Shown here one piece after another: positions 9,579 through 19,268 of a stretch of DNA of 64,000 nucleotides (within the stretch, counting starts at the first letter, position 1; every line of letters begins with the position of its first letter). Position numbers and translations under genes: made by a program. The notes beneath the pieces were generated by a model. It did not search any database, was not told where the DNA came from, and saw nothing but the letters and a program-made list of their open reading frames with translations. This stretch comes from Polyangia bacterium (lineage in GTDB: Bacteria; Myxococcota_A; Polyangia; Palsa-1104; JAEUJZ01), in contig JBGANQ010000012.1 in assembly GCA_044222245.1 (NCBI GenBank), positions 11,844-75,843 on the forward strand, given 5' to 3'.

Positions 9579-10706
9579 ATGGACAAAGTCGAGTTGCCGC
9601 CCGGCCGCAAGGTCGTGGTGGCGGAGTTCGCCGAAGATCCGGAAGCCGCAATCGAGCATCAGGTGGCCCTTGCCGCGCTTGCACCGCCCGATCCGGCGAC
9701 CCTTGGCCCGCGCGATGTGATCATCGAAGTCAAGAGCGCCTCGGTCGGCTGGGTCGATCTGCTCATGACCAGTGGCCAGTACCAGCACATGCCGTCCCCG
9801 CCCTATACACCCGGGCTTGAGTACGCGGGCGTTGTCGCCTGGGCCGGAGCCGAGGTGCCGCCGGCGACGCTGCCCCTTGGCAGCGCGGTGTATGTAGATG
9901 GGCTGCTCGCCGGGCCGCGCTCGCTCGGCGCCTACCAGGCGTACGGCGGCTGGGCGAGCTACGCGGTGGCGCCCCTTGAGGCCGTCCGGCCGCTGCCCGC
10001 GGGCCTGTCGTTCGATGAGGGCTGCAACCTGCTTGGCAGCTACGAGACCGCCTACCACTGCCTGGTCACCTGCGGCAAGCTGCAGCCCGGCGAGACCGTG
10101 CTCATTCACGGAGCCTCGGGCGCGACGGGCCTGGCGGCGGTGCACCTGGCCAAGCTGCTCGGCGCGACCGTCATCGCGACCGGGCGCCGACCCGAGAAGC
10201 TGGAGGTGGTGCGCGCGCAGGGGGCGGATCATGTGCTCCTCTGCCCGAGCCAGGACGGCGCCGCCGGCGGGCGCCGCTTGCGCGACGACGTCAAGGCCCT
10301 CACCGGCGGGACCGGCGTGGACGTGGTCTATGACGGGGTGGGCGGCGACATCACGGTCGAGAGCCTGCGCTGCCTGCGGTTCGGCGGCCGCCTGCTCATC
10401 GTCGGCTGGGCCGCCACTCCCAACGTCGCGCGCGGCAAGGGCCAGCGCGGCGCCCCCAACGCCAACCAGCTGCCGACCAACTTGCTCATGATGAAGGCGC
10501 TGACCGTGCAGGGCTGCCCCACCGTGCTTGCCACGCTGCACGACCCGAGCCTGCGCCCGCCGCGGCTTCAGCAGATCCTCGGCTGGGTCGCCGCGGGCAA
10601 GCTGCGCCCGTATGTCTCACAGGTGTTTCCGCTCGCTGAGTTCAAGCAGGCGATGCGGGCGAAGTGGCGCGGGGAGGTGATCGGGGGCTGCGTCCTGCGG
10701 CCCTGA
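9579..10706 (+). CDS. NADPH:quinone oxidoreductase / zinc-type alcohol dehydrogenase superfamily (MDR)
   Basis: ATG 9579 lies behind AAAGGAG. PYTPGLEYAGVV, the Rossmann motif VLIHGASGATGLAAVHLAKLLGA and ...RLLIVGWA are typical of the quinone oxidoreductase family. Confidence 0.9.
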   Translation: MDKVELPPGRKVVVAEFAEDPEAAIEHQVALAALAPPDPATLGPRDVIIEVKSASVGWVDLLMTSGQYQHMPSPPYTPGLEYAGVVAWAGAEVPPATLPLGSAVYVDGLLAGPRSLGAYQAYGGWASYAVAPLEAVRPLPAGLSFDEGCNLLGSYETAYHCLVTCGKLQPGETVLIHGASGATGLAAVHLAKLLGATVIATGRRPEKLEVVRAQGADHVLLCPSQDGAAGGRRLRDDVKALTGGTGVDVVYDGVGGDITVESLRCLRFGGRLLIVGWAATPNVARGKGQRGAPNANQLPTNLLMMKALTVQGCPTVLATLHDPSLRPPRLQQILGWVAAGKLRPYVSQVFPLAEFKQAMRAKWRGEVIGGCVLRP

Positions 10707-10733
10707 AGGAGTCTGGCGGCTCAGGCGCCGCGG

Positions 10734-13259
10734 CTAGCAGCTGCCGGCGTTGAGCGGGCAGGTGCAGCCGCCAGCATAGCCGGCCGGGACCGCCTGCTCG
10801 GTGGTGGTGCCGTCGATCGACAGGATGAAGTTGATGATGTCGGTGCGATCCTGGGCGGCGGTCGCGCCGGTGAGGAAGGTGGCGCTGCCGGCCTGCCAGT
10901 GGGCCTGCCACCTGGTATCGGTGAACAGCGCGTCGAGCGTCGCCGCCTGCCCGTGATGCAGGTAGGGAGCGCCGGCCTGCATGCCGTACAGAGACGGCAC
11001 ATTGAAGCCGCCCATGCCCTGCGCGCGGTTCGAGGTGCCGGCGCCGACCGCGAAGGCGGCGCTGCGCAGCTCGAGGGCGTTGGTGCGGTTGGTGTCGCCG
11101 GGGACGCCGAAGGTGCCGACCTGACGCAGCGCGCAGCTTACCTCCAGCGGCGGGATCGCCACGCTCACCGTGGGATCGGCAGTCATGTCCTGGAAGGAGA
11201 ACTGGTTGCCGTTGGGCGAAGCAGTCGCGCTGTAGGCCTGAATGTTGCCCATAAACATCGTGCCGCGCAGGCTGGTGACGCCGCTCGGCGCGTTGTTGGT
11301 GCCGCCGGCGGGGGTGTAGAAGCGGTTGGAGACCGTCCAGCCAGCGCCGCCGTGGCAGTTCACGCAGCCGGCGCTGGTAAACAGGGCGGCGCCGCGAGTC
11401 ACCGAGGCCTGATCGGCGAAGCGGCGGCCACGGGTCGGCCGCAGCTGCTGGATGTAGCTGGTGATGTCGTCGAAGTCCTTGACGCAGTTATTGGCGAACA
11501 TGTCCTGCACTTCCTTGTTCACCAGACTGACCATGGCGGCGCCGACCAGGGTGACGACGCTGTCCAGGCCAGTGGCGGCCACCACCGAGCGCAGCTCACC
11601 AGAGAGCGGCCCGACGGGCGAGCAGGTGGTGCCATTGGTGATGGCGCCGATGCCGCCCGAGACGTTGCGCACGTTGTTCTCGAAGTCGTGCACCTCGTCC
11701 ATGGTCGCGGACCAGTTGAACACCCGCTGCTTCTGCGCGCCGCCGCCCGGGCTGTGCGAGAACGAGCCATCCAGGGCGTTGGCCTGGCGCGGTCCGGCGG
11801 GGAAGATCCAGGTGATGTTATCGCTCAGGCCATCGGGGTGACAGGTGCCGCAGGAGGACCAGGCGGCGCCGTTCTCGGTGGGCACCGTGGTCGCATTGCC
11901 GTTGCCCGACCAGCGCCCGCGGCCGGTGTAGAAGAAGCGGCGACCGCGATCCACCGCCGTCGGAACGCCCGGCGAGCTGAGGGTATCGACCACCGAAACC
12001 ACCGCCTGCGTGGTCAGGTCGAGCACCGCCAGCTTGCGGTTTATCCAGCAGTTGACGTAGGCCCGGTTCAGCGTGCCGGCGATGACGATGCCGTTGGGGT
12101 TCTGGCATGAGCTTGCCCCAGCTCCCAGGACATCAATCTGCTTGTTCTGCAGCGAGCCGATGGCCGGCGGCGACTGGCTGAAATCGACGCGCTGGATGAC
12201 ATCGGCGCCGCGCGCGACCACGTAGGCGACATTGGTCGTCGGCAAGAAGGCCAGGTCGACCGTCTCGGAGAGGAAGAAGCGCGGCGCCGGCAGCTTGTTG
12301 ACCGCCTCGGCGAGGTTCAGCGTCCCGTTGCCGCCCACCACCTGCTTGCGGGTCGCCAGATCGCCGACGTAGAGCACCGGGTAGACGTTGCGGTTAAAGC
12401 CCACCGGGGCCGCCGGGGCCGCCGAGACCGAGGGAATGAAGACCCGTCCGTTGGCAATGCCCACCGCATACAGCTGGTTCGGTGCCGCCATCGGCTCCAG
12501 CGTCGCGTCGGTGTTGGCAAAGGGAGCGAGCATGAGGGGGCCCTGCTCGCTCTTGTCGCTCACCCGGTACAGGTGGACGATGCCCTGCCGGCCATCATTT
12601 TTCCCTTCGCCATCGGTCACCGGGTTGCCGTAGTACTCGGGCACTACCACGGTCTCATCGGTGTCGCTGGTATCGCCGTTGTTGGTGACGGTGATGGCCC
12701 GCGGGTTGCGCACGTTGGCGACAAAGGTCGTGCGGACCATGGTGCTGGTGTCGATGACGCCGACGCTGCTCTCACCAAACTCGGCGACGAACAGGCGGGC
12801 GCCGGTGGGCGACAGCGCCAGGCCGGTCGGCTCGGAGCCGACGGGGACCGGCGTGCCCACGGTGGGCGTCGCCGTGCGGATGCCCGAGATCTTGACCACG
12901 GTCGCATCGGCACGGTTGGCGACGTAGGCGGTGGTCCGGTCCGACGCGATGACCACCGAAGAAGGAGTACCGCCGGTCGTCACCGTGGAGAGCAGAGCGT
13001 TGTTCGCGGTGTTGAAAAAGGATACCGAGTTGTTGTCCTGATTGACGACTGCCACCGTCGCGTCATCATCGCTGATGGCGACGGTCCCTGACTTGGAGGG
13101 ACCCTTGGCGACCGGCCCGGTTACCGGCGGCGGATTCACCGCCATGTCCGGTCTGGTTCCCAGATCCGGACTGCTGGGGTTGGTGTTCGAGCAGGCGCCC
13201 AGGCCCAGGGCGACCCCCAGGAGCGAGCTTCCTAACCAGATTCGTGAATAGACCTTCAT
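10734..13259 (-). CDS. Lipoprotein: YVTN-type beta-propeller repeats fused to a C-terminal region with two CXXCH haem-c motifs
   Basis: ATG 13259 lies behind GAAGGAG. The lipobox is LGVALGLGAC. Repeated ...AYVANR../..LFVAEF.. strand motifs are present. The two haem-binding motifs are SSCGTCHPDG and SAGCVNCHGG. Confidence 0.85.
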   Translation of the reverse strand: MKVYSRIWLGSSLLGVALGLGACSNTNPSSPDLGTRPDMAVNPPPVTGPVAKGPSKSGTVAISDDDATVAVVNQDNNSVSFFNTANNALLSTVTTGGTPSSVVIASDRTTAYVANRADATVVKISGIRTATPTVGTPVPVGSEPTGLALSPTGARLFVAEFGESSVGVIDTSTMVRTTFVANVRNPRAITVTNNGDTSDTDETVVVPEYYGNPVTDGEGKNDGRQGIVHLYRVSDKSEQGPLMLAPFANTDATLEPMAAPNQLYAVGIANGRVFIPSVSAAPAAPVGFNRNVYPVLYVGDLATRKQVVGGNGTLNLAEAVNKLPAPRFFLSETVDLAFLPTTNVAYVVARGADVIQRVDFSQSPPAIGSLQNKQIDVLGAGASSCQNPNGIVIAGTLNRAYVNCWINRKLAVLDLTTQAVVSVVDTLSSPGVPTAVDRGRRFFYTGRGRWSGNGNATTVPTENGAAWSSCGTCHPDGLSDNITWIFPAGPRQANALDGSFSHSPGGGAQKQRVFNWSATMDEVHDFENNVRNVSGGIGAITNGTTCSPVGPLSGELRSVVAATGLDSVVTLVGAAMVSLVNKEVQDMFANNCVKDFDDITSYIQQLRPTRGRRFADQASVTRGAALFTSAGCVNCHGGAGWTVSNRFYTPAGGTNNAPSGVTSLRGTMFMGNIQAYSATASPNGNQFSFQDMTADPTVSVAIPPLEVSCALRQVGTFGVPGDTNRTNALELRSAAFAVGAGTSNRAQGMGGFNVPSLYGMQAGAPYLHHGQAATLDALFTDTRWQAHWQAGSATFLTGATAAQDRTDIINFILSIDGTTTEQAVPAGYAGGCTCPLNAGSC

Positions 13260-13407
13260 TCGCAAGTACTCCTTCTAATTGCAAGGATGGAGCTGTGGAC
13301 CCAGGACTTGCTGATACCCACTTTGGGATGCTGCCTGGAGGTCCCCTGTAGGGACGCAACCTTGGGCGTCCGAAAACCGCGCACTCATCGGCGCTGGTCT
13401 GCACGAA

Positions 13408-13815
13408 TCAGTCAGTGCTGCCGTCGGACTCTGGGGCTTCCTGGGCCCCTTGCAGCTCGACCGTAAGCTGCCGCAGCGATTGACCGAGCGCGCGCATCGA
13501 AGACGCGGTAGTCCGCTGCCAGCTCAGGTTGACGTTATAGACAAGATGAACCCAGATTCCCCGGCTGCAGGCGGCCTTGATGAACATCAGAATCGGCGAT
13601 ACAGAAGAAGAGTTCATGAAGGTGAGGCCGCGGAAGTCCAGCACCAGCCGGCGCTCGCGCAGCTCTGGCAGCACCCCTCTCAGCGTCGGTCCAAGCGTCT
13701 CTGAAGGGTTGCGAAAGTCACACTCGCCGCTCCAGTTCAGCGTGTAACGCTTGTCGGTGGAGACGCTGTGGATGGTCAGCCTGTCGCTTGCAAACAGTTC
13801 CACGCCGGCCTTCAT
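13408..13815 (-). CDS. SiaC-family (DUF1987) regulatory phosphoprotein-like
   Basis: 135 aa. WSGECDFRNPSETLGPT and LDFRGLTFMNSSSVSPILMFI resemble, from my memory of Pseudomonas SiaC, GDSYPENSYELFGQV and LRLLYLNTSSIKAMMDIL. The start overlaps the upstream stop by 4 nt (ATGA at 13812-13815). Confidence 0.7.
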   Translation of the reverse strand: MKAGVELFASDRLTIHSVSTDKRYTLNWSGECDFRNPSETLGPTLRGVLPELRERRLVLDFRGLTFMNSSSVSPILMFIKAACSRGIWVHLVYNVNLSWQRTTASSMRALGQSLRQLTVELQGAQEAPESDGSTD

Positions 13816-14279
13816 AGTATCCGCCTCCGCGCAGTCAGCTCGAGGATTTGCTCCCCGTAACTATAGTCCAAATCGAACTTCCCTTCGTGACTGATCCGGT
13901 ACAGCCCGAGCCGCGTTGACTGCGTGGGGTTGTTCATCAGCTCCTGCAGTCGCGCGACATATAGCTGCTCGCTCCTCCCTGCCGTCTTGGTCTGCTCGAT
14001 GATCTGCTGCACCGCCTCCAGGAGCCGCAGGTCGTTGAGTCCGTTAGATACCTGTATCTGAATGTGCTCCGCCGTAGTCTTAAAGCGGAACTGCGCCCAC
14101 TGCATCGCCGGGATCGAGGTGCCATACTTGATCGCGTTCTCGACCAGCTCCGAGGCGACCATGACCGCCGCCGAGCGTAGCTCCTCGGAGTACTCGGCCA
14201 GGGCCGCTGTCACCTGCTGACGGACCATGCGGACATACTCCCAGGCGATCGGGATGTTGATCTGGATGTTCTGGTTCAT
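13812..14279 (-). CDS. SiaB-like / anti-sigma-type (GHKL, HATPase_c_2-like) small Ser/Thr protein kinase
   Basis: I trimmed the track ORF to ATG 14279 (MNQNIQINIP...), preceded by GAGGAG. It has an N-box-like SELVENAIKYG and a G-box-like STRLGLYRISHEG. It sits between a PP2C domain and a DUF1987 gene. Confidence 0.65.
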   Translation of the reverse strand: MNQNIQINIPIAWEYVRMVRQQVTAALAEYSEELRSAAVMVASELVENAIKYGTSIPAMQWAQFRFKTTAEHIQIQVSNGLNDLRLLEAVQQIIEQTKTAGRSEQLYVARLQELMNNPTQSTRLGLYRISHEGKFDLDYSYGEQILELTARRRIL

Positions 14280-14337
14280 CAGGCCACTGGCTCCTCTTGT
14301 TGCATCGCGGCACCGAACACCTCTTGACCGCTCGGCG

Positions 14338-17300
14338 CTAGGCGTCCAGGTGCCGCAGCGCAACCACCGAGACATCGTCGCTGACTAGCCGGTCGGTGGT
14401 GAGCTGCAGGACGCGCTGGGTCAGCTCTTGGCTGCTCACCTGCTGCCGGCACGCCTGCGCGAAGACCTCGGCCACCGGCTCAAGCTCCAGCAAGGCCCGG
14501 TCGGTCCGGCGGCGCGACTCGGTGAGCCCGTCGGTGTAAAGGAGCAGGCAGTCACCAGGTCCGAACTCGACGCTGTCATCGGTGTTCAGGCCGGCGATTT
14601 CCTCCATGATTCCCAGCCAGCTCCCCTGGCTCTGTAGTTCCTGCACCGCTTGGCTCGCTCGGCGGAATAGTAGCACGCTTTGGTGCAGCCCGGCGTACAC
14701 CACCTTGCCGTCGCCGATGCACAGCGCGGCCATGGTCATGTACTGGTCCTTGCCGATAAGCTGGAGGTTACTCCACAGCGCCCGGTTCACCAGGGTCAGT
14801 AGCATCGCCGGGGTAAGGGGCGTCTTGCTGTCGGCGGTGGCAGCGACGTCGGCGAAGCTGTGCACCAGCGCCCGCACGGCCGTCTGCACCATCATCATGA
14901 TGAGCCCGGCGCTCACCCCGTGACCGGAGACATCGCCGATGAGCACCCACAGCTTCCCGCCCGCTTCCAGCGCGTCATAGTAGTCGCCGCCCACCTCATC
15001 GGCCGGCTTCATCTGGCCGGCGAACTCGTACCGGCCGGCGAAGGTCTGCGCCGGCGGCAGCAGCACGCACTGAATCTTGCGCGCCAGGTCCATCTCGGCC
15101 CACAGCTCGCGCAGGGCCTTGTGCAGGGCGTCGGTGCGCTCGGTGACCTTGGCCTCAAGGCCCGCGTTGGCGGCCTGCAGGTCAGCATACAGACGGGCGT
15201 TCTGCAGCGAGATCGCGCTCTGCGCAGCCAGCACGCCGAGCAGGGCGCCGCGCGTGGCGGGAAAAGCGTGCGCCGCCTCGTGCTCCAGGTACAGCACTCC
15301 GTCCAGCCGCCCCTGATGGACAAGGGGGATCGCCAGCACCGACCGCGCCGCGCCGGCGCCCAGGTGCGGGTCTTGCGCGAAACGGCTGTCGGCGGCGGCG
15401 TTGCTGAGCACCACCGACTCGCGCGTACGCACCACATACTGCACGACCGCGCCGGCGACCGGGTGGTCCGCCGCCAGGGGCTCGGCCAGGCCCGAGCGAA
15501 CCTGCTCACCGGACAGCAGCGCCACCACGCACAGCGAGTCAGGTCCGCCCAGTAGCAGCGCCGCGCGCTGGGCGCCGGCGTTCTCCATGACCAGGTGCAT
15601 CAGCTGCGCGACCACCCGCTCGGCGTTCAGCTCACCGGCCAGCGCCTGGGCGGCGCGCACGGTGGTGTTCAGATCGAGCGAGGCACTGGTGCCCGAGTCG
15701 GTAATCCGCGTCGTGCTGGTGGTGGTGGTGCGCGCCTCTTGAGTCAGCGCCGCCGCCCGCGGTGTCGGCAGCAGCGGCGGATACTTCTGTTCCAGGAAGG
15801 CGACCAGGGAGCTCGCCCCCCAGCGCAGGTAGGCCTCGCGGGCCTCGCCCAGGTACAGCAGCCCCAGGCGCTCGCGCCCGGCGTCCAGATGGAACTCGCC
15901 GCACAGCTGCGCCGCCAGCGCCTCAATCTGGAAGAAGCCGTGCTGGCGCGCCAGGCTGATGGCCTGCTCGTACTGCGCCATCGCCGCATCGGTCTGCCCG
16001 TGGAGGCGCGCCTGCTCGGCCTCTAGCAGGTGCAGCTTGTGCTGGAAGTTCTCGGCGCAGCCCTGGGCGAAGTAGCGAAAGCGCGCGAGCGCGTGCGCCA
16101 ACAGCTCGCGCAGCTCGCCCTGTTGCTCGCCGGTCATCGCTGGCCGCAGGCACCTGGCCGCGGCCAGCCCGCGCCACAGCGGGATGTCGGTCACCGGGAC
16201 GTTGGCCAAGAGCAGCGGTCGGAACTGCTCGGCCTCGCCCGCTCGCGACAGCGCTCGCTCATAGGCGCCCAGGGCGAGAAACAGGTGAGCTTCAAAGATC
16301 CGCGCCCCTTCGGCGGCGATGCCTGCCCCTTCGGCAGCCAGCGTGCGCGAGCCGCGGCTCAGCTGATCATCGCAGAGAAATCGCTGGCCGCCCCCCGCGG
16401 TGGTGAGCGTCTCATGATACGAGGCCACAAGCTCAAAGCCGTATCTGCCGATCGCATCGCCGGTGCGCCGGATAAGCGGCCAGTGCTGCTTCCAGAACGC
16501 GTGCACCGCAGCCAGGGACTGGCCACGCCACGCCAGGCAGTAGTTCAGGTGGGCGGCGAGCGCCCAGCTCATTCCCTGAAAAGACCCGCTCTTTAGCGCG
16601 ACCTGGAACGCCTGCTCGTAAAAGGGCGCCGCTTCGGGTGCCGGCCGGAAATAGAAGTGGATGGTGCCCTGGTAATATAGACACTCGGAGAGAAACGCTG
16701 GGGAGGTGCGCTCCAGGGCGCGCGCCGCCGGCGCCACCCAGGCAGCCGCGCGGCGGTACATCCCGGTCAGCAGCGACCACAGGCTGGTGCAGCTGCAGAT
16801 AAGCAGCGGCGCCACCTGCGTGAGCGCCCCCCGGCGCCGCAGCTCGGCCAGGGCGCGCACGGTGCTAAGGCCCATCAGCAGCGGCCGATTGCCAAAGCCG
16901 GCGCAGATGATCATCTGCATCTGCAGGGCGTCGAGGATGAGGTGCTCGGGCGCGGGGTCGGCGGGCAGGTGATCGAGCGCCGCGGGGTTACCGGCGAACC
17001 ACTCGTCCAGCTCGACGGCCTCGCTGGCGAGCCGCTCGCCGCAGGCGGCTTCGGTGGCCGGATACTGCCAGCCGACCTCGGCCAGCGCCCGCAGGCCCAG
17101 CTCTACGCCGCGCGCGAAGGCGCCGGCAGCCACGCAGCTGCGCACGCCCACCTCCTGCGCCGCCAGCCGCGGCAGCGCCGGCAGCGGCAGGTCGAGCAGC
17201 GCCTGCACACGCAGCTCGACATCGTCGAACTCGCGCAGCAGGTAGGCCGCCTCCAGCCGCTCCAGGGCCAGCTCTACCGCCAGCGCCGGCGCCTCGCGCC

Positions 17301-19266
17301 ACACCGCGGGCCCGAGCAGAACCTGCGCCGCCTCGACCAGGGTGGCCATAAGGACATGCGAGCTGGCCGCCTTGGCCCGCCGCGCCGCCTCCAGGTTGAG
17401 CCGCGCGAGCTCGCCGCGCTCGTCCCCCGCCGGCAGCTGTTCCGCCCCCAGGTTGAGGTGCCGCACCAGCGTCAAAAGCTGCTGGGTGGTTCCGCCCCCG
17501 GCGCGATACTGCGACAGCAGCCGGCGCCCGATCTCCAGGTGGGCGCCGACCCGCTGCTCGGCCGAGATCCGCTCATAGCTTGCCTGCTGCACCCGGTCGT
17601 GCAGGAACCGATACTCCGCATCCAGGCCCTCACTGCCCACCCCGAGCAGCGCCTGCGCCGGCCGGTAGGCGCCGTCCACCGGCACCACCAGCTCCTCATG
17701 CAGGGCTGGCCACAGCGCCGCGCTGACCTGCCCGCGGCTCCAGCCGCTCAGTCGCTCCAGCTCGCGCAGCGGAAACTGGTGACCGGCGCAGGCGGCCAGC
17801 CCCAGGATCTGCTGCGTCGCCTCGGGCAGCTCCTGCACCTTGGCGGTGAGCAGGGTGACGACGTTGTCGGTCACTTCCGCTCGCTCGATGGCCGCAAGGT
17901 CGAAGTCCCAGCGCCCGCTGGCGGTGTCGCGCACGACCTGGCGCTGCCGGTGCAGACTGAGCAGCAGCTGCTCCAGGAAGAAGGGATTGCCGCGCGTCTT
18001 GCGCCACAGCACCTGCGCCAGCGGCGCGACCTCTATAGGCTCGCGGGCAAGCGTCCGCGCCAGCCACAGCTGCACCTGCTCGACGCCCAGAGGACCCACT
18101 GCCAGCTGGGTCACGCGCGCGCCGCTGTGCGCGACCGTTTCGCTGAGCTTGCCCAGCGGATGCTCGGGCGTCACCTCGCTGTCGCGATACGCGGCGATGA
18201 GCAGCAGCGAGCTGCGCTCGACATCCGTAAGCAGCGTCTGCAAGATCACCAGCGTCGCGCTGTCGGCCCACTGCAGATCATCCAGGAACATCACCAGCGG
18301 CGCGCTCGGCGCGGTCACCGCGCGCACGAAGTTGAGCCAGGTCAGCTTCAGCCGGTTGAGGATCTGCTCGCCCGGCACCGCCGGCACCGCCGGCAGCGCG
18401 CCCATCACCAGGTCCAGCTCGGGCACCGCGTCGGCGATAAGGCGCGCGTTGTCGCCGACCTCGCTGCGAATGCGCTCCTGCCAGCGCTGCAGCACCGCGG
18501 GCGGGCTGGCCAGCCACTGCCGCAGCAGGCCCCCGAAGGCCTGCGCCAGCGCCGCGTAGGGCGTCGAGCGCGCCAGCTGGTCGTGCTTGCCGGCGACCAG
18601 CACGCCGCGTCCGGTGCGGGCGATGTCCAGATACACGGTGCGCACGAGCGCGGTCTTGCCGATTCCCGAAGGCCCGCCGACCAGCAGCAGCTCCACCGCG
18701 CCCTGCGCCGCCCGGCTGTACGCCGCGGTCACTTCGCGCAGCTCGCGGTCACGGCCGATGAGCAGCTGCGGCAGCCGCAGCCGCGGCGAGTGATCCTGCG
18801 TGCCCAGCGTGAACCCGTGGATCTGACCAGCTGCCCGCCACTGCGCCAGCGCTTGCTCCAGATCCCAGCCGACGCCCCGGGCGGTCTGGTATCTCTGCTC
18901 CGGCTCCTTGGCCAAAAGGCGGGTCAGGATCGCCGCCAGCACCTCGGGCACCTCCGGCCGCAGCGCCGTGATGGCGGGGATCGGGCGGGCCAGGTGGGCG
19001 TAGACCAGCGCCAGCGGGTCGCGCTCCTGAAACGGCCGCTGACCCGTGAGCATCTCGAACAGCGTGACGCCCAGGGAGTACAAATCTGTGCGCGCATCCA
19101 CCGCGCGCGCCGTGCGGCCGGTCTGCTCGGGCGAGATATAGGCCAGCGTGCCCTCCAGCGCCTCGGGGAGGCTGGCCGGAGTCGCTTCCTGGGTCAGCTC
19201 CGAGGCGATGCCGAAATCGACCAGGACCACCCGGCTGCAGGCTTCATCGACCAGGATGTTCTGCGG
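14338..19266 (-). CDS. 3' part (kinase subdomain VIb/VII onward) of an interrupted giant signalling protein: Ser/Thr kinase - AAA/P-loop - helical repeats - GAF - PP2C/SpoIIE phosphatase
   Basis: The frame opens right after a TAG at 19267-19269 with PQNILVDEACSRVVLVDFGIAS..LEGTLAYISPEQTGR..DLYSLGV. The P-loop is LLLVGGPSGIGKT (about 18660). The GAF domain lies at about 15195-15650. The PP2C domain at 14341-15087 has GGDYYD, GDVSGHG and YTDGLTE. The kinase N-lobe, catalytic Lys and HxD are missing here; they lie at 32741-33139. The first in-frame start is GTG 19230. Confidence 0.9.
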   Translation of the reverse strand, partial: PQNILVDEACSRVVLVDFGIASELTQEATPASLPEALEGTLAYISPEQTGRTARAVDARTDLYSLGVTLFEMLTGQRPFQERDPLALVYAHLARPIPAITALRPEVPEVLAAILTRLLAKEPEQRYQTARGVGWDLEQALAQWRAAGQIHGFTLGTQDHSPRLRLPQLLIGRDRELREVTAAYSRAAQGAVELLLVGGPSGIGKTALVRTVYLDIARTGRGVLVAGKHDQLARSTPYAALAQAFGGLLRQWLASPPAVLQRWQERIRSEVGDNARLIADAVPELDLVMGALPAVPAVPGEQILNRLKLTWLNFVRAVTAPSAPLVMFLDDLQWADSATLVILQTLLTDVERSSLLLIAAYRDSEVTPEHPLGKLSETVAHSGARVTQLAVGPLGVEQVQLWLARTLAREPIEVAPLAQVLWRKTRGNPFFLEQLLLSLHRQRQVVRDTASGRWDFDLAAIERAEVTDNVVTLLTAKVQELPEATQQILGLAACAGHQFPLRELERLSGWSRGQVSAALWPALHEELVVPVDGAYRPAQALLGVGSEGLDAEYRFLHDRVQQASYERISAEQRVGAHLEIGRRLLSQYRAGGGTTQQLLTLVRHLNLGAEQLPAGDERGELARLNLEAARRAKAASSHVLMATLVEAAQVLLGPAVWREAPALAVELALERLEAAYLLREFDDVELRVQALLDLPLPALPRLAAQEVGVRSCVAAGAFARGVELGLRALAEVGWQYPATEAACGERLASEAVELDEWFAGNPAALDHLPADPAPEHLILDALQMQMIICAGFGNRPLLMGLSTVRALAELRRRGALTQVAPLLICSCTSLWSLLTGMYRRAAAWVAPAARALERTSPAFLSECLYYQGTIHFYFRPAPEAAPFYEQAFQVALKSGSFQGMSWALAAHLNYCLAWRGQSLAAVHAFWKQHWPLIRRTGDAIGRYGFELVASYHETLTTAGGGQRFLCDDQLSRGSRTLAAEGAGIAAEGARIFEAHLFLALGAYERALSRAGEAEQFRPLLLANVPVTDIPLWRGLAAARCLRPAMTGEQQGELRELLAHALARFRYFAQGCAENFQHKLHLLEAEQARLHGQTDAAMAQYEQAISLARQHGFFQIEALAAQLCGEFHLDAGRERLGLLYLGEAREAYLRWGASSLVAFLEQKYPPLLPTPRAAALTQEARTTTTSTTRITDSGTSASLDLNTTVRAAQALAGELNAERVVAQLMHLVMENAGAQRAALLLGGPDSLCVVALLSGEQVRSGLAEPLAADHPVAGAVVQYVVRTRESVVLSNAAADSRFAQDPHLGAGAARSVLAIPLVHQGRLDGVLYLEHEAAHAFPATRGALLGVLAAQSAISLQNARLYADLQAANAGLEAKVTERTDALHKALRELWAEMDLARKIQCVLLPPAQTFAGRYEFAGQMKPADEVGGDYYDALEAGGKLWVLIGDVSGHGVSAGLIMMMVQTAVRALVHSFADVAATADSKTPLTPAMLLTLVNRALWSNLQLIGKDQYMTMAALCIGDGKVVYAGLHQSVLLFRRASQAVQELQSQGSWLGIMEEIAGLNTDDSVEFGPGDCLLLYTDGLTESRRRTDRALLELEPVAEVFAQACRQQVSSQELTQRVLQLTTDRLVSDDVSVVALRHLDA

Positions 19267-19268
19267 CT
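19262..19268. repeat. Left copy of the 7-bp direct repeat TGCGGCT at the kinase-gene breakpoint
   Basis: The context gttcTGCGGCTaaatg is confirmed by the track translation ..DQDVLRLNVTIERKP. Identical heptamers occur at 25782-25788 and 32739-32745. Confidence 0.8.
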
